A DNA stretch of 64,000 bases from an uncultured Eubacteriales bacterium (lineage in GTDB: Bacteria > Bacillota > Clostridia > Christensenellales > UBA1242). Every line of letters begins with the position of its first letter. Position 1 is the first letter of the stretch. The DNA is taken from contig CARJLX010000001.1 of NCBI GenBank assembly GCA_949001935.1, forward strand, positions 115 through 64,114, in the 5' to 3' direction. The translations under genes were made by a program, and so were the position numbers. A model generated the notes under the pieces. That model had not been told where the DNA came from. It saw nothing but the letters and a program-made list of their open reading frames with translations, and did not search any database. Shown in pieces: positions 7,690-15,663 of the stretch.

Positions 7690-8919
7690 TTATATTTTAA
7701 GAGAGGATTCATTTGTTTCTAATCCTTCTTCTTTTTCTTTTATTTCGTTATTATAGATTTTTTCAGCTTTAATAAAAAGAGATGAAGATATTATTTGAAT
7801 TAACGATAAAGTCAGTATGATTATACTTAATGAAATTTCATTTGGTATAACATTGTAAATGAAAAAAGCGATTAAATAAGCAAAAGTTTTAAAAATATGG
7901 TCATAATAATTAAAGGTTAGGTGGTGTTCTTTTTTATATTGTGAAAATTCTGTATTTTCTATTGCGGTATAAATATCTTGAGCTGTGCGGTGGCTGATGA
8001 TCTTTCGACAGCATTTTAACACAAAATAATATATAAAGAATCCCACAATTGAAGTCCATGCTGTAAGCATAATTGAAACTGCGACAATTAATATAGTACT
8101 TATCATAAGCAACGGATCTTTGAATTTGTATAGTTTAAGGTAAATTATGAGAACGATTCCACTTGCAACGACAGCTAAAGCAGAATATAAACCCACAGAA
8201 AAATTTGTACCAACTCGCATAAATAATAAAATTGGTAAAAGTAAATCAACAACACTATTTTGAGAAAACTTATAAAGTCCAAGTGCAAGATAAGTCATTC
8301 TTACACGTTTGATTTTATGTGTACCTTTAATAAAGTCTCTAATTTTGATTTGTGGTGCTTCAACCCAACCTTTTTTGACCCCAAAAGAAAGCAAAAAACA
8401 AATAAAAGCAATTACAAGAATAACCGCAAATAATATGTAGTATGAAACATAATCTATTATATAACCTGAGATAAATGGGCTTAGGACACTTGCAAAGAGT
8501 GATAAAAATTGAGATACCCCTAAGAAAGAAACCATTGTTTTCTTAGTATTATAATTCATTGTTGCAATTTCATGCGGTACATAATAGCAACCCCTTGCAA
8601 AGGCATATATAGCTTGCACAATAAAAACCATATATAGTCGAGAGGAGTTGATTGTGAAAACTAAACTGATTGAAACTAATGACATTACAAAACTTAGGCG
8701 ATAAACAATGTTAAAATTCTTTTTATTTAAAAATTTTATGAACAAGAATTCTAAAAACATATAAAAAATACAATCAAATAGGTTGTACCCCAAAACAAAA
8801 TTGAGGTTTTGAGAAATGCCATAAATATAAATTGAAAAAAATATATCAAAAAAAACAAATATCATTTGCATAAGCATATTGATTAGTTGTAAACAGGTTT
8901 TATCTTTTGGAAATTTCAT
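7690..8919 (-). CDS. MFS-like multi-pass membrane transporter
   Basis: 409 aa and about 12 hydrophobic segments in two halves separated by a basic loop (KIKRVRMTY). AGGAGA RBS. Confidence 0.55.
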   Translation of the reverse strand: MKFPKDKTCLQLINMLMQMIFVFFDIFFSIYIYGISQNLNFVLGYNLFDCIFYMFLEFLFIKFLNKKNFNIVYRLSFVMSLVSISLVFTINSSRLYMVFIVQAIYAFARGCYYVPHEIATMNYNTKKTMVSFLGVSQFLSLFASVLSPFISGYIIDYVSYYILFAVILVIAFICFLLSFGVKKGWVEAPQIKIRDFIKGTHKIKRVRMTYLALGLYKFSQNSVVDLLLPILLFMRVGTNFSVGLYSALAVVASGIVLIIYLKLYKFKDPLLMISTILIVAVSIMLTAWTSIVGFFIYYFVLKCCRKIISHRTAQDIYTAIENTEFSQYKKEHHLTFNYYDHIFKTFAYLIAFFIYNVIPNEISLSIIILTLSLIQIISSSLFIKAEKIYNNEIKEKEEGLETNESSLKI

Positions 8920-9065
8920 TTTTTCTCCTACCTATTAATAATAATTCAAAGGCAATTATAAGTCAAGTTTTATGTCTTGTAAAAGACAAATTTTAATATT
9001 AGGTTAGTAAATTGTTATGTTTTGTTGTAAAAATATGTTATAATAATTTTGTTTTGGAGGTACAT

Positions 9066-9815
9066 GTGAATAAAAAAGGTTTTAAACTTATATTTAATGA
9101 AAATTTTAAAAATTTAGACAATTGGAATTTTGAAGAGGGATTTGTTAGAAATCATGAGTTTCAGTATTATACAAAAAACAATCATGTTTTAAATAACGGA
9201 ATAACAATGATTTGTAAAAAAGAAAAGGTTGTTAATAAAAATTATAAAAAAGATTCAAATGATTGGCGTTGTGAAGATAAATTTGCAAATTACACATCTT
9301 GTTCAATTAATACAAAGGATAAGTTTTCATTTTTATACGGACATATGGAAGTTAAAGCTAAAATACCATGTGAAAAAGGGGCTTGGCCTGCCATCTGGAT
9401 GCTTGGCGCAGTTGAAGAATATCCATATTGCGATGAAATCGATGTTATGGAAAAATATGAAATAGATGGGGAGCCGTCCATTTTAGCAAATTTTATGTGC
9501 AGCTTTGATGGCTCGTATTTATGGAGTACAAAATATAAATCTTTAGAATTGTTTCAATCTATTGATAAAGATTGGGCAAACAAATTTCATATATGGTCTG
9601 TGGATTGGACAAAGGATTATATGAATATTTATATAGACGACATTTTAATAAATTCGATAGACAGCAAAAATATAGCAGGTAATAAATTTAAAAAGCCACT
9701 TTATATTTTACTGAATTTGGCTATAGGTCAAAAGGGGACCAAACCAAATGATGAAGATTTACCACTTAAATATATCATTGAATATGTTAAAGTTTGGCAA
9801 AAAGGAGACAAGTAA
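9066..9815 (+). CDS. glycoside hydrolase family 16 (beta-glucanase/laminarinase-like), no signal peptide
   Basis: GAWPAIWMLG followed by the catalytic EIDVME (ExDxxE) motif. GTG start after GGAGG. The N-terminus VNKKGFKLIFNENF is not hydrophobic. Confidence 0.8.
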   Translation: MNKKGFKLIFNENFKNLDNWNFEEGFVRNHEFQYYTKNNHVLNNGITMICKKEKVVNKNYKKDSNDWRCEDKFANYTSCSINTKDKFSFLYGHMEVKAKIPCEKGAWPAIWMLGAVEEYPYCDEIDVMEKYEIDGEPSILANFMCSFDGSYLWSTKYKSLELFQSIDKDWANKFHIWSVDWTKDYMNIYIDDILINSIDSKNIAGNKFKKPLYILLNLAIGQKGTKPNDEDLPLKYIIEYVKVWQKGDK

Positions 9816-9816
9816 T

Positions 9817-11064
9817 ATGCAGAAAAAAATTTTCCCATTAGGGTTTTGGAACTACTCCTCAGCAGGAGATTATGATTTAGATGAGTGTAAAGTTTGGAAA
9901 GAACTTGGTATAACAGTTACAATGAGCCATGAGTTTTATGCGGATAAAGATAGTAAACAAGAATTTTTAGCATTTTTGGATGAATGCCATAAGCAGGGTT
10001 TAAAAATTATAGTTTGTGATAGCAGAACTTCTTGGCGAGAACATAAAAATACTAAGCTTGACGAATATGAAAAAGATGTAAAGTCCGCTGTTGCAGATTT
10101 TGGAAATCATCCGGCTGTTTTTGGATTTAGCGTTGGCGATGAGCCCGGGGATGATGATTTTGAAGTTGCAATAAAAGGGTGCCAATTCTGTTTTAAATAT
10201 GCACCTAAACTACAACCATTTGTGAATTTTTTCCAATATAATCCTAATACCGAGCGTAAACATCTTAACAGTAAAGATTTTAAAAAATGGATGTCTAGCT
10301 TTATTAAACTATCTAAATTAAAAATTATTTGCTATGATGAATATAGGCAAATGGATGGGACAGAAGAAGGATTAAACGAATATTTTGAAAACTTAAAAAT
10401 TTTCCAAGAATTTTCCGTAAGAAACAAATGTGATTGGTGGGTAACTCCATCCGCAGTAGGCCATTGGGATAGGCGAATTCCTTCTGCCACAGATTTGCAG
10501 TGGCAATTTAATACAGCCGTTGCCGCAGGAGCAAAGGGTATTATATGGTTCTTTTTATATCAACGAGAACCCCATGTAAATTTCGAAGGAGCTCCTATTG
10601 ATGAATATGGTCACAAAAGAGAAAATTTTTATGAACTTGCAAGATTGCAAAAGAATTTTTTAAATATGTATGGGAATCTATTTGCAAATCTCAAACTAAT
10701 TAAATATTGCCATGCAAAAGAAAAATATTATGGCTATGGCGGAGTAGAAAAATTTGTTGCAGGAGAAGATAAGTTCGTGATAGATATTAAAAGCAAATAT
10801 TCCACGCCAATAAGTTATTCGGTTTTTAAAGACAACAATGATAATATTTATTTAGTATTTGTAAACTTAAGTCAAACAAAAAGTGATAACTTTACATTAA
10901 GTTTTAATAGTAGCATAAACAAAGTGGAACAATTAATGTTTAATAATTGTTTGAAAGATATTCAGTTTAGTCATCAAGATAATAATTTTATCAAGAAATT
11001 AAATATCGTGTATAGCACATGGATGTCTCCAGGACAAATGAATGTATATAAAATAACAAAATAA
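9817..11064 (+). CDS. putative clan GH-A (TIM-barrel) glycoside hydrolase, family unassigned
   Basis: GFSVGDEPG (acid/base-type motif), GAKGIIWFF, no signal peptide. AAGGAGA RBS before MQKKIFPLGFWNY. Confidence 0.4.
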   Translation: MQKKIFPLGFWNYSSAGDYDLDECKVWKELGITVTMSHEFYADKDSKQEFLAFLDECHKQGLKIIVCDSRTSWREHKNTKLDEYEKDVKSAVADFGNHPAVFGFSVGDEPGDDDFEVAIKGCQFCFKYAPKLQPFVNFFQYNPNTERKHLNSKDFKKWMSSFIKLSKLKIICYDEYRQMDGTEEGLNEYFENLKIFQEFSVRNKCDWWVTPSAVGHWDRRIPSATDLQWQFNTAVAAGAKGIIWFFLYQREPHVNFEGAPIDEYGHKRENFYELARLQKNFLNMYGNLFANLKLIKYCHAKEKYYGYGGVEKFVAGEDKFVIDIKSKYSTPISYSVFKDNNDNIYLVFVNLSQTKSDNFTLSFNSSINKVEQLMFNNCLKDIQFSHQDNNFIKKLNIVYSTWMSPGQMNVYKITK

Positions 11065-11071
11065 AAAATAT

Positions 11072-11324
11072 TTGTGACGAATTTTTGCAAGAAAAATGCA
11101 AAATTTTTGCAAAAGTGCCGTTTTGTGCTATGTTTTCTTGGCAAAATGTTGTATAATACTTTTTGTTAAAGTGAAATTGCTAAACATTCGATAAATAAAG
11201 GGATTTAGGCACTTTACGATACGATAAAATATGGTGCAAAACGGCATGAAAAACGAACTCCCGATATTGTATTTATACAACTTCGGAACGATTATCGAGG
11301 GTTCGAGTCCTTCTGGGTGCACCA
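11072..11324 (+). repeat. 253-bp repeat unit B
   Basis: See unit A. Same length and same ends. Confidence 0.9.
11164..11324 (+). ncRNA. candidate small RNA B with tRNA-like 3' minihelix
   Basis: TATAAT at 11152-11157. The 3' end reads GAGGG-TTCGAGT-CCTTC-TGGGTGC-A-CCA (11297-11324). Confidence 0.35.
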
Positions 11325-11540
11325 TTTAAGATTTTCGAAAAATCAAAAACTTTTTTGCATAATTAAAAGCAATAGTCTAAAAAAATTGTTGATTATTGAT
11401 ACAATTTTACTAAAAGGTTTTATTATAATAAAACTTCTTGTTTGATAATAAAATCAATTTATGCGATATTTTTAATTATATAGTCAAAACATTATACTAC
11501 TTATTAGGTTTTATGATATATTTTAAATGGGAGATGCCCA

Positions 11541-12323
11541 ATGAAAGAATTTAATCTTGAAAATTCGCCAATTGTTTATTATATAGACGACACTGCCAAT
11601 AAAGAGTGGGTAGTTTTTTTTCATGCAGCATTTGTTGATCACAGAATGTTTGAAAAACAGTTTGAATATTTTTCTGGCAAATACAATTTACTAGCAGTTG
11701 ATATTTTAGGGCATGGCAAATCAATTAAAGCAAGAAAAGGTGATAGTATTGAAAAAATGTCTTATTGGTTAGACCAAATTTTCAAGAAACACAATATCTT
11801 TGCGGCTCATTTGGTTGGTGTTTCATTAGGGGCAGTATTTATACAAGATTTTGCAAATAAGTATGAAAATAAAGTTTTGTCGCTTGTATGTTTTGGTGGA
11901 TATGATATAAATAATTTTGATATTGAAAGTCAAAAAAGTAATTCTAAAGAACAAATGAAAATGATGTTGAAAGCGTTTTTTTCTATAAAATGGTTTGCAA
12001 AGGCCAATAAAAAAATATCTGCTTATACTCGTGAAGCACAAGAAGAATTTTATAACTTAAACATTCAATTTAAGAAAAAATCTTTTATGTATTTGTCAAA
12101 ATTGCAAAATCTTATCAATAAGTTTGAAAATAAGCAAAGAAATTACAAGTTATTGGTGGGTTGTGGGGAGCATGATATTCCTATAGAAATTGACATTGTT
12201 GATAAGTGGGCAGAAAGCGAACAATGTGCTAAAATAATATTGCAAGGTGCAGGACATTGTGCAAATATGGATAACCCACAAGAATTTAATGCTTGTTTAC
12301 TAAATTTTTGGGAAAAGAAATAA
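11541..12323 (+). CDS. alpha/beta-fold hydrolase
   Basis: Nucleophile elbow GVSLGA and C-terminal GAGHCANMDNPQEF. Confidence 0.75.
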   Translation: MKEFNLENSPIVYYIDDTANKEWVVFFHAAFVDHRMFEKQFEYFSGKYNLLAVDILGHGKSIKARKGDSIEKMSYWLDQIFKKHNIFAAHLVGVSLGAVFIQDFANKYENKVLSLVCFGGYDINNFDIESQKSNSKEQMKMMLKAFFSIKWFAKANKKISAYTREAQEEFYNLNIQFKKKSFMYLSKLQNLINKFENKQRNYKLLVGCGEHDIPIEIDIVDKWAESEQCAKIILQGAGHCANMDNPQEFNACLLNFWEKK

Positions 12324-12513
12324 CCTATAAATATTTACTTTTACTTGATATTAGTTTTAAATATGATATATTAAAAATATAAAAAGAAAGGTCAAAGAGA
12401 ATTTGTTTTGTTAACATTTTTTAGCACAATAATGTGAAATGTGATTAACTTTTTTTGTTGTGCAAAACAAGGAAGATATCAAAACAAATCTTATAAGTCA
12501 AATTATTGTATAA

Positions 12514-12675
12514 GGTGGTAAGGATAGTTTTTGGAATGAACCACTAAATTATATTGATATTATCTTACGAATTCAAATTGAAGAATTAATAGAAAATAGT
12601 AATATCACTTTAATTTTTGTTGAACATGATTGGGCATTTGTTAAAAATATTGGTTTAAAAGTGATAAATTTATAA
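12514..12675 (+). pseudogene. 3' remnant of an ABC-type ATPase gene
   Basis: Translates as GGKDSFWNEPLNYIDIILRIQIEELIENSNITLIFVEHDWAFVKNIG, i.e. Walker B/D-loop-like NEP..ID and H-loop-like VEHD. An in-frame TAA lies at 12511 and there is no upstream N-terminal domain. Confidence 0.5.
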
Positions 12676-12679
12676 AAAA

Positions 12680-12706
12680 TTGTGCTAATTTTAGTGCAAT
12701 TTTTTA
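12680..12706 (+). terminator. terminator retained behind the ABC remnant
   Basis: TTGTGCT / AGTGCAA stem (two G-U pairs) followed by TTTTTTA. Confidence 0.4.
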
Positions 12707-12759
12707 TTTTATAGATTAAATCATTTTAATTTTGGCAATAGTTAGTCAAGAGGTGATTT

Positions 12760-13302
12760 ATGAAATACTTTTTGTCTATTGTATGTGTTTTGGGAATTGT
12801 TGTTGTGCTTATACTTTGTGGAGTTAAAGTTCCAAGTAAAAATCAAGTGTTGACACCAGAAAATTATCTTAGAATTCATATTCGTGCCAATTCAAATGAT
12901 GAAATTGACCAAAAGGTAAAATACAAAGTTAAAGATGCTGTTGTTGAGGCATTGATTCCTGTGCTTGCAGAGTGCGAAGATAAGAGTCAGGCTTGTAAGG
13001 TTTTAAAATCTAATTTTGCTTATATAGAAAAGGTTGCTAACAATGTTTTGAGGGCTAATGGATTTGATTATGTGTCTAAAGCACAATTTAATAGAGAATA
13101 TTTTCCAACACGCGTGTATGAAAGTGTTACATTGCCAGAGGGCGAGTATGATGCACTAGTTTTAAACCTTGGAAGTGGAGAAGGAAACAACTGGTGGTGC
13201 GTGGTTTATCCTGCTTTTTGCTTTCTTGAAACAAAAAATTACGACAATATTGTATATATTTCGCGAATTTGGGACATTATTAAAAATGTAATCAAAATAT
13301 AG
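12760..13302 (+). CDS. spoIIR: stage II sporulation protein R
   Basis: Signal anchor, then LRIHIRANSNDEIDQKVKYKVKDAV and GEGNNWWCVVYPAFCF, both typical of SpoIIR. Confidence 0.9.
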   Translation: MKYFLSIVCVLGIVVVLILCGVKVPSKNQVLTPENYLRIHIRANSNDEIDQKVKYKVKDAVVEALIPVLAECEDKSQACKVLKSNFAYIEKVANNVLRANGFDYVSKAQFNREYFPTRVYESVTLPEGEYDALVLNLGSGEGNNWWCVVYPAFCFLETKNYDNIVYISRIWDIIKNVIKI

Positions 13303-13310
13303 GAGGATTT

Positions 13311-13994
13311 ATGAAAAAATTTTTGATAGCCTTTTGTTGCATGTTTTTTGTACTTGCAATGGGGGTAGGTGCAGTTGGTTTTACATATTCACAACACAAT
13401 AATATTGAACTTGTTGAAACATTAACAACTTCGCAAAACAAACAGGTGCAAACCAAACTTAAAAATTGGGGATATTACAAAGGTTCTGTAGATGGAATCT
13501 ATGGCCCTAAAACTAGAGAAGCCGTAAAATATTTTCAACGCAAAAATGGGTTGGTTGTAGATGGAATAGTCGGCAAAAAGACTGCAGCCGCTATGGGAAT
13601 TTCTCTTTCTGGAAGTACTGGAGGCACAACAGGTGGACAATCTAGCAGTGACCTAAACTTGCTTGCAAAGTGTGTACACGCAGAAGCGAGAGGTGAAAGT
13701 TATGTAGGACAGGTAGCAGTTGCCGCTGTTATTTTGAATAGAGTAAAAAGTAAAAACTTCCCAAATTCAATCGCAGGCGTTATTTATCAACCATGGGCAT
13801 TTACTTGTGTAAATGATGGGCAGATAAATTTGGCGGCAAATCAAACAGCAATTAAGGCTGCTCAAGATGCTTTGAATGGATGGGATCCTACATACGGTGC
13901 TTTATATTATTATAACCCAAGAACTGCATCAAGCAGTTGGATATTCTCAAGAAAAACAACCGTGACAATCGGTCAACATGTGTTTGCAATTTAG
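13311..13994 (+). CDS. sleB: spore cortex-lytic enzyme SleB-like (PG_binding_1 + Hydrolase_2)
   Basis: YGPKTREAVKYFQRKNGLVVDGIVGKKT, then HAEARGESYVGQVAVAAVILNRV...AGVIYQPWAF. Followed by ypeB, as in Bacillus. Confidence 0.85.
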   Translation: MKKFLIAFCCMFFVLAMGVGAVGFTYSQHNNIELVETLTTSQNKQVQTKLKNWGYYKGSVDGIYGPKTREAVKYFQRKNGLVVDGIVGKKTAAAMGISLSGSTGGTTGGQSSSDLNLLAKCVHAEARGESYVGQVAVAAVILNRVKSKNFPNSIAGVIYQPWAFTCVNDGQINLAANQTAIKAAQDALNGWDPTYGALYYYNPRTASSSWIFSRKTTVTIGQHVFAI

Positions 13995-14003
13995 GAGGGC
14001 TGT

Positions 14004-15485
14004 ATGGAAGAGAATAAAAATTTAAAACAAAAAAGTACAAAAAATACTACAAATAATCAAGAAAAAGTTAAAAATAACTTTCCAAATGTAAAAAAAGAAG
14101 ATAAAAGCAAAAAACAAACAATATCTAAAAAAACAACTTCTCATAGTAAAGGTATGAAGGCAGCGGTTATAACTTTGGCAATAACTACAGGTGTTTTGGG
14201 ACTTTCTACCATAGGATTTGCTGCTTGGAGCGGAGTTGCTCAAAATAAAGTTGAAGACTATAGCAATAGATTGGAAGCAGTTTATCAAAAGAGTTTTTAT
14301 GACCTTGTAGATAATGTTAATAATGCAGAAATAAATATGTCTAAAGTGTTGGCATCAAATACTGCAAGTTATCAAAAGAAAATGCTTTCTCAGGTTGCAG
14401 ATAATGCAACAAATGCTCAAGCAAGTTTTTCAAGTTTGCCATTAACTTATAGCAGTTTGAATGATAGTCTTGGGCTTTTAAATCAAATAGGTGGTTATAC
14501 AAAAACTTTAAATGAGAAGTTAGCGAGTGGAGAAGAACTTACTTTAAATGAAATTGAAACCTTAGACAAATTGCATAGTGTTTTGCTTGAAATTAAGGCT
14601 CAATTAAACAAATTGTCTATTAAAATGCGTCAAGGTTATAATATTTTGGACAACAGTTTAAACCTTGATAGTGGAAATAACTTTACTTTAGATTTATCTA
14701 AGATTAAGACGGTCGATGTTGAATATCCTTCTATGATTTACGATGGACCTTTCTCTGATAGTGTGACAAATGCTGCCGTTAAAGGTTTGCATGGCAATAA
14801 AGTTAGTAAAGAAGAGAGCAGAGATAAAATTGCTAAACTCTTCAAAAATATTGTTTCTCTTGAGTTTGAACAAGATACTCAAGGTAGGTTTGAAACTTAT
14901 AACTATCGTCTTAGAACTTCGGACAATACAACCTTGTATGTTCAAACAACTCAAATAGGTGGACATGTGTTGACAGTGTCTGGTGCTAGTGGCAATAATG
15001 GAGAGGTTACAATTGAAAATGATGATGCTCAAAAAATGGCAGTTGAATTTGCAAAGGCAAATGGCATTGAAAATCCACTTGTAGTTTGGACTGACACAAT
15101 TGATAGTCAAGCATATTTAAATATTGCTCCAACTCAAAATGGTGTAGTATTATATCCAGACCTTGTTAAAGTTAAAATTGACCTTAATAATGGTACTGTT
15201 GTAGGCTATGACGCAACATCATATTTTACAAATCATACAACTCGCCAACTTGAAAGTGATTCATATAGCCAAGATAAGGCAAGAGCGAGAATACCAGAAA
15301 ACTTTGTTATCAAAAGTGAAAGGATTGTGCTTGCCCCGCTTGATTATAATCGAGAAGTGTTATGTTTTGAGTTTGCTTGTGATAATGATAATAATGAATA
15401 TTATTTCTATATCAATGCAAAAACAGGTCAAGATGAAAATATCCTTCGTGTTATTCAAACCGAAAATGGGAATAAATTAATGTAA
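14004..15485 (+). CDS. ypeB: germination protein YpeB
   Basis: Basic N-terminus plus TM segment, long helical region, C-terminal PepSY-like repeats. Position immediately after sleB. Confidence 0.8.
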   Translation: MEENKNLKQKSTKNTTNNQEKVKNNFPNVKKEDKSKKQTISKKTTSHSKGMKAAVITLAITTGVLGLSTIGFAAWSGVAQNKVEDYSNRLEAVYQKSFYDLVDNVNNAEINMSKVLASNTASYQKKMLSQVADNATNAQASFSSLPLTYSSLNDSLGLLNQIGGYTKTLNEKLASGEELTLNEIETLDKLHSVLLEIKAQLNKLSIKMRQGYNILDNSLNLDSGNNFTLDLSKIKTVDVEYPSMIYDGPFSDSVTNAAVKGLHGNKVSKEESRDKIAKLFKNIVSLEFEQDTQGRFETYNYRLRTSDNTTLYVQTTQIGGHVLTVSGASGNNGEVTIENDDAQKMAVEFAKANGIENPLVVWTDTIDSQAYLNIAPTQNGVVLYPDLVKVKIDLNNGTVVGYDATSYFTNHTTRQLESDSYSQDKARARIPENFVIKSERIVLAPLDYNREVLCFEFACDNDNNEYYFYINAKTGQDENILRVIQTENGNKLM

Positions 15486-15509
15486 AAAAGTGGCTTAGCC
15501 ACTTTTTTG
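15486..15509 (+). terminator. rho-independent terminator after ypeB
   Basis: AAGTGGC-TTA-GCCACTT followed by TTTTTT. Confidence 0.8.
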
Positions 15510-15531
15510 TTGAAAGTGTATTTGCTAATAT

Positions 15532-15599
15532 TCCCCCAACCGCGGAAAGCCGAATAAAATTTGTAAAATCTGTTAGATTTGCTTGACGCGGGAGGGGGA
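15532..15599. other. GC-rich imperfect inverted repeat (TCCCCCAACCGCG ... CGCGGGAGGGGGA) with a 42-nt spacer
   Basis: 11 of 13 positions pair. Conspicuous in AT-rich DNA. The right arm overlaps the putative promoter of the first GLUG-like gene. Confidence 0.6.
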
Positions 15600-15613
15600 T
15601 TTTCTGTTATAAT
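15583..15613 (+). promoter_or_regulatory. possible sigma-A promoter (TTGACG-19-TATAAT)
   Basis: Good hexamers but a long 19-nt spacer. Confidence 0.3.
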
Positions 15614-15663
15614 TTATTTATATAAAAGTTGGCATTTAGAATATTTTGATAAAGGGATTTATT

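Noticed and set aside
12700-12759. Sigma-F-type promoter for spoIIR (GGCAATAGTT as the -10 element).
   Set aside because: The -10-like match exists, but I found no acceptable -35 element at the 14-15 nt spacing. Too weak to list as a feature.
15532-15640. c-di-GMP (GEMM) riboswitch upstream of the surface-protein gene.
   Set aside because: I could not identify the conserved GEMM-I or GEMM-II core sequences or paired-helix layout by eye. The repeat also overlaps the likely promoter rather than the 5' UTR. Left as an unexplained inverted repeat.
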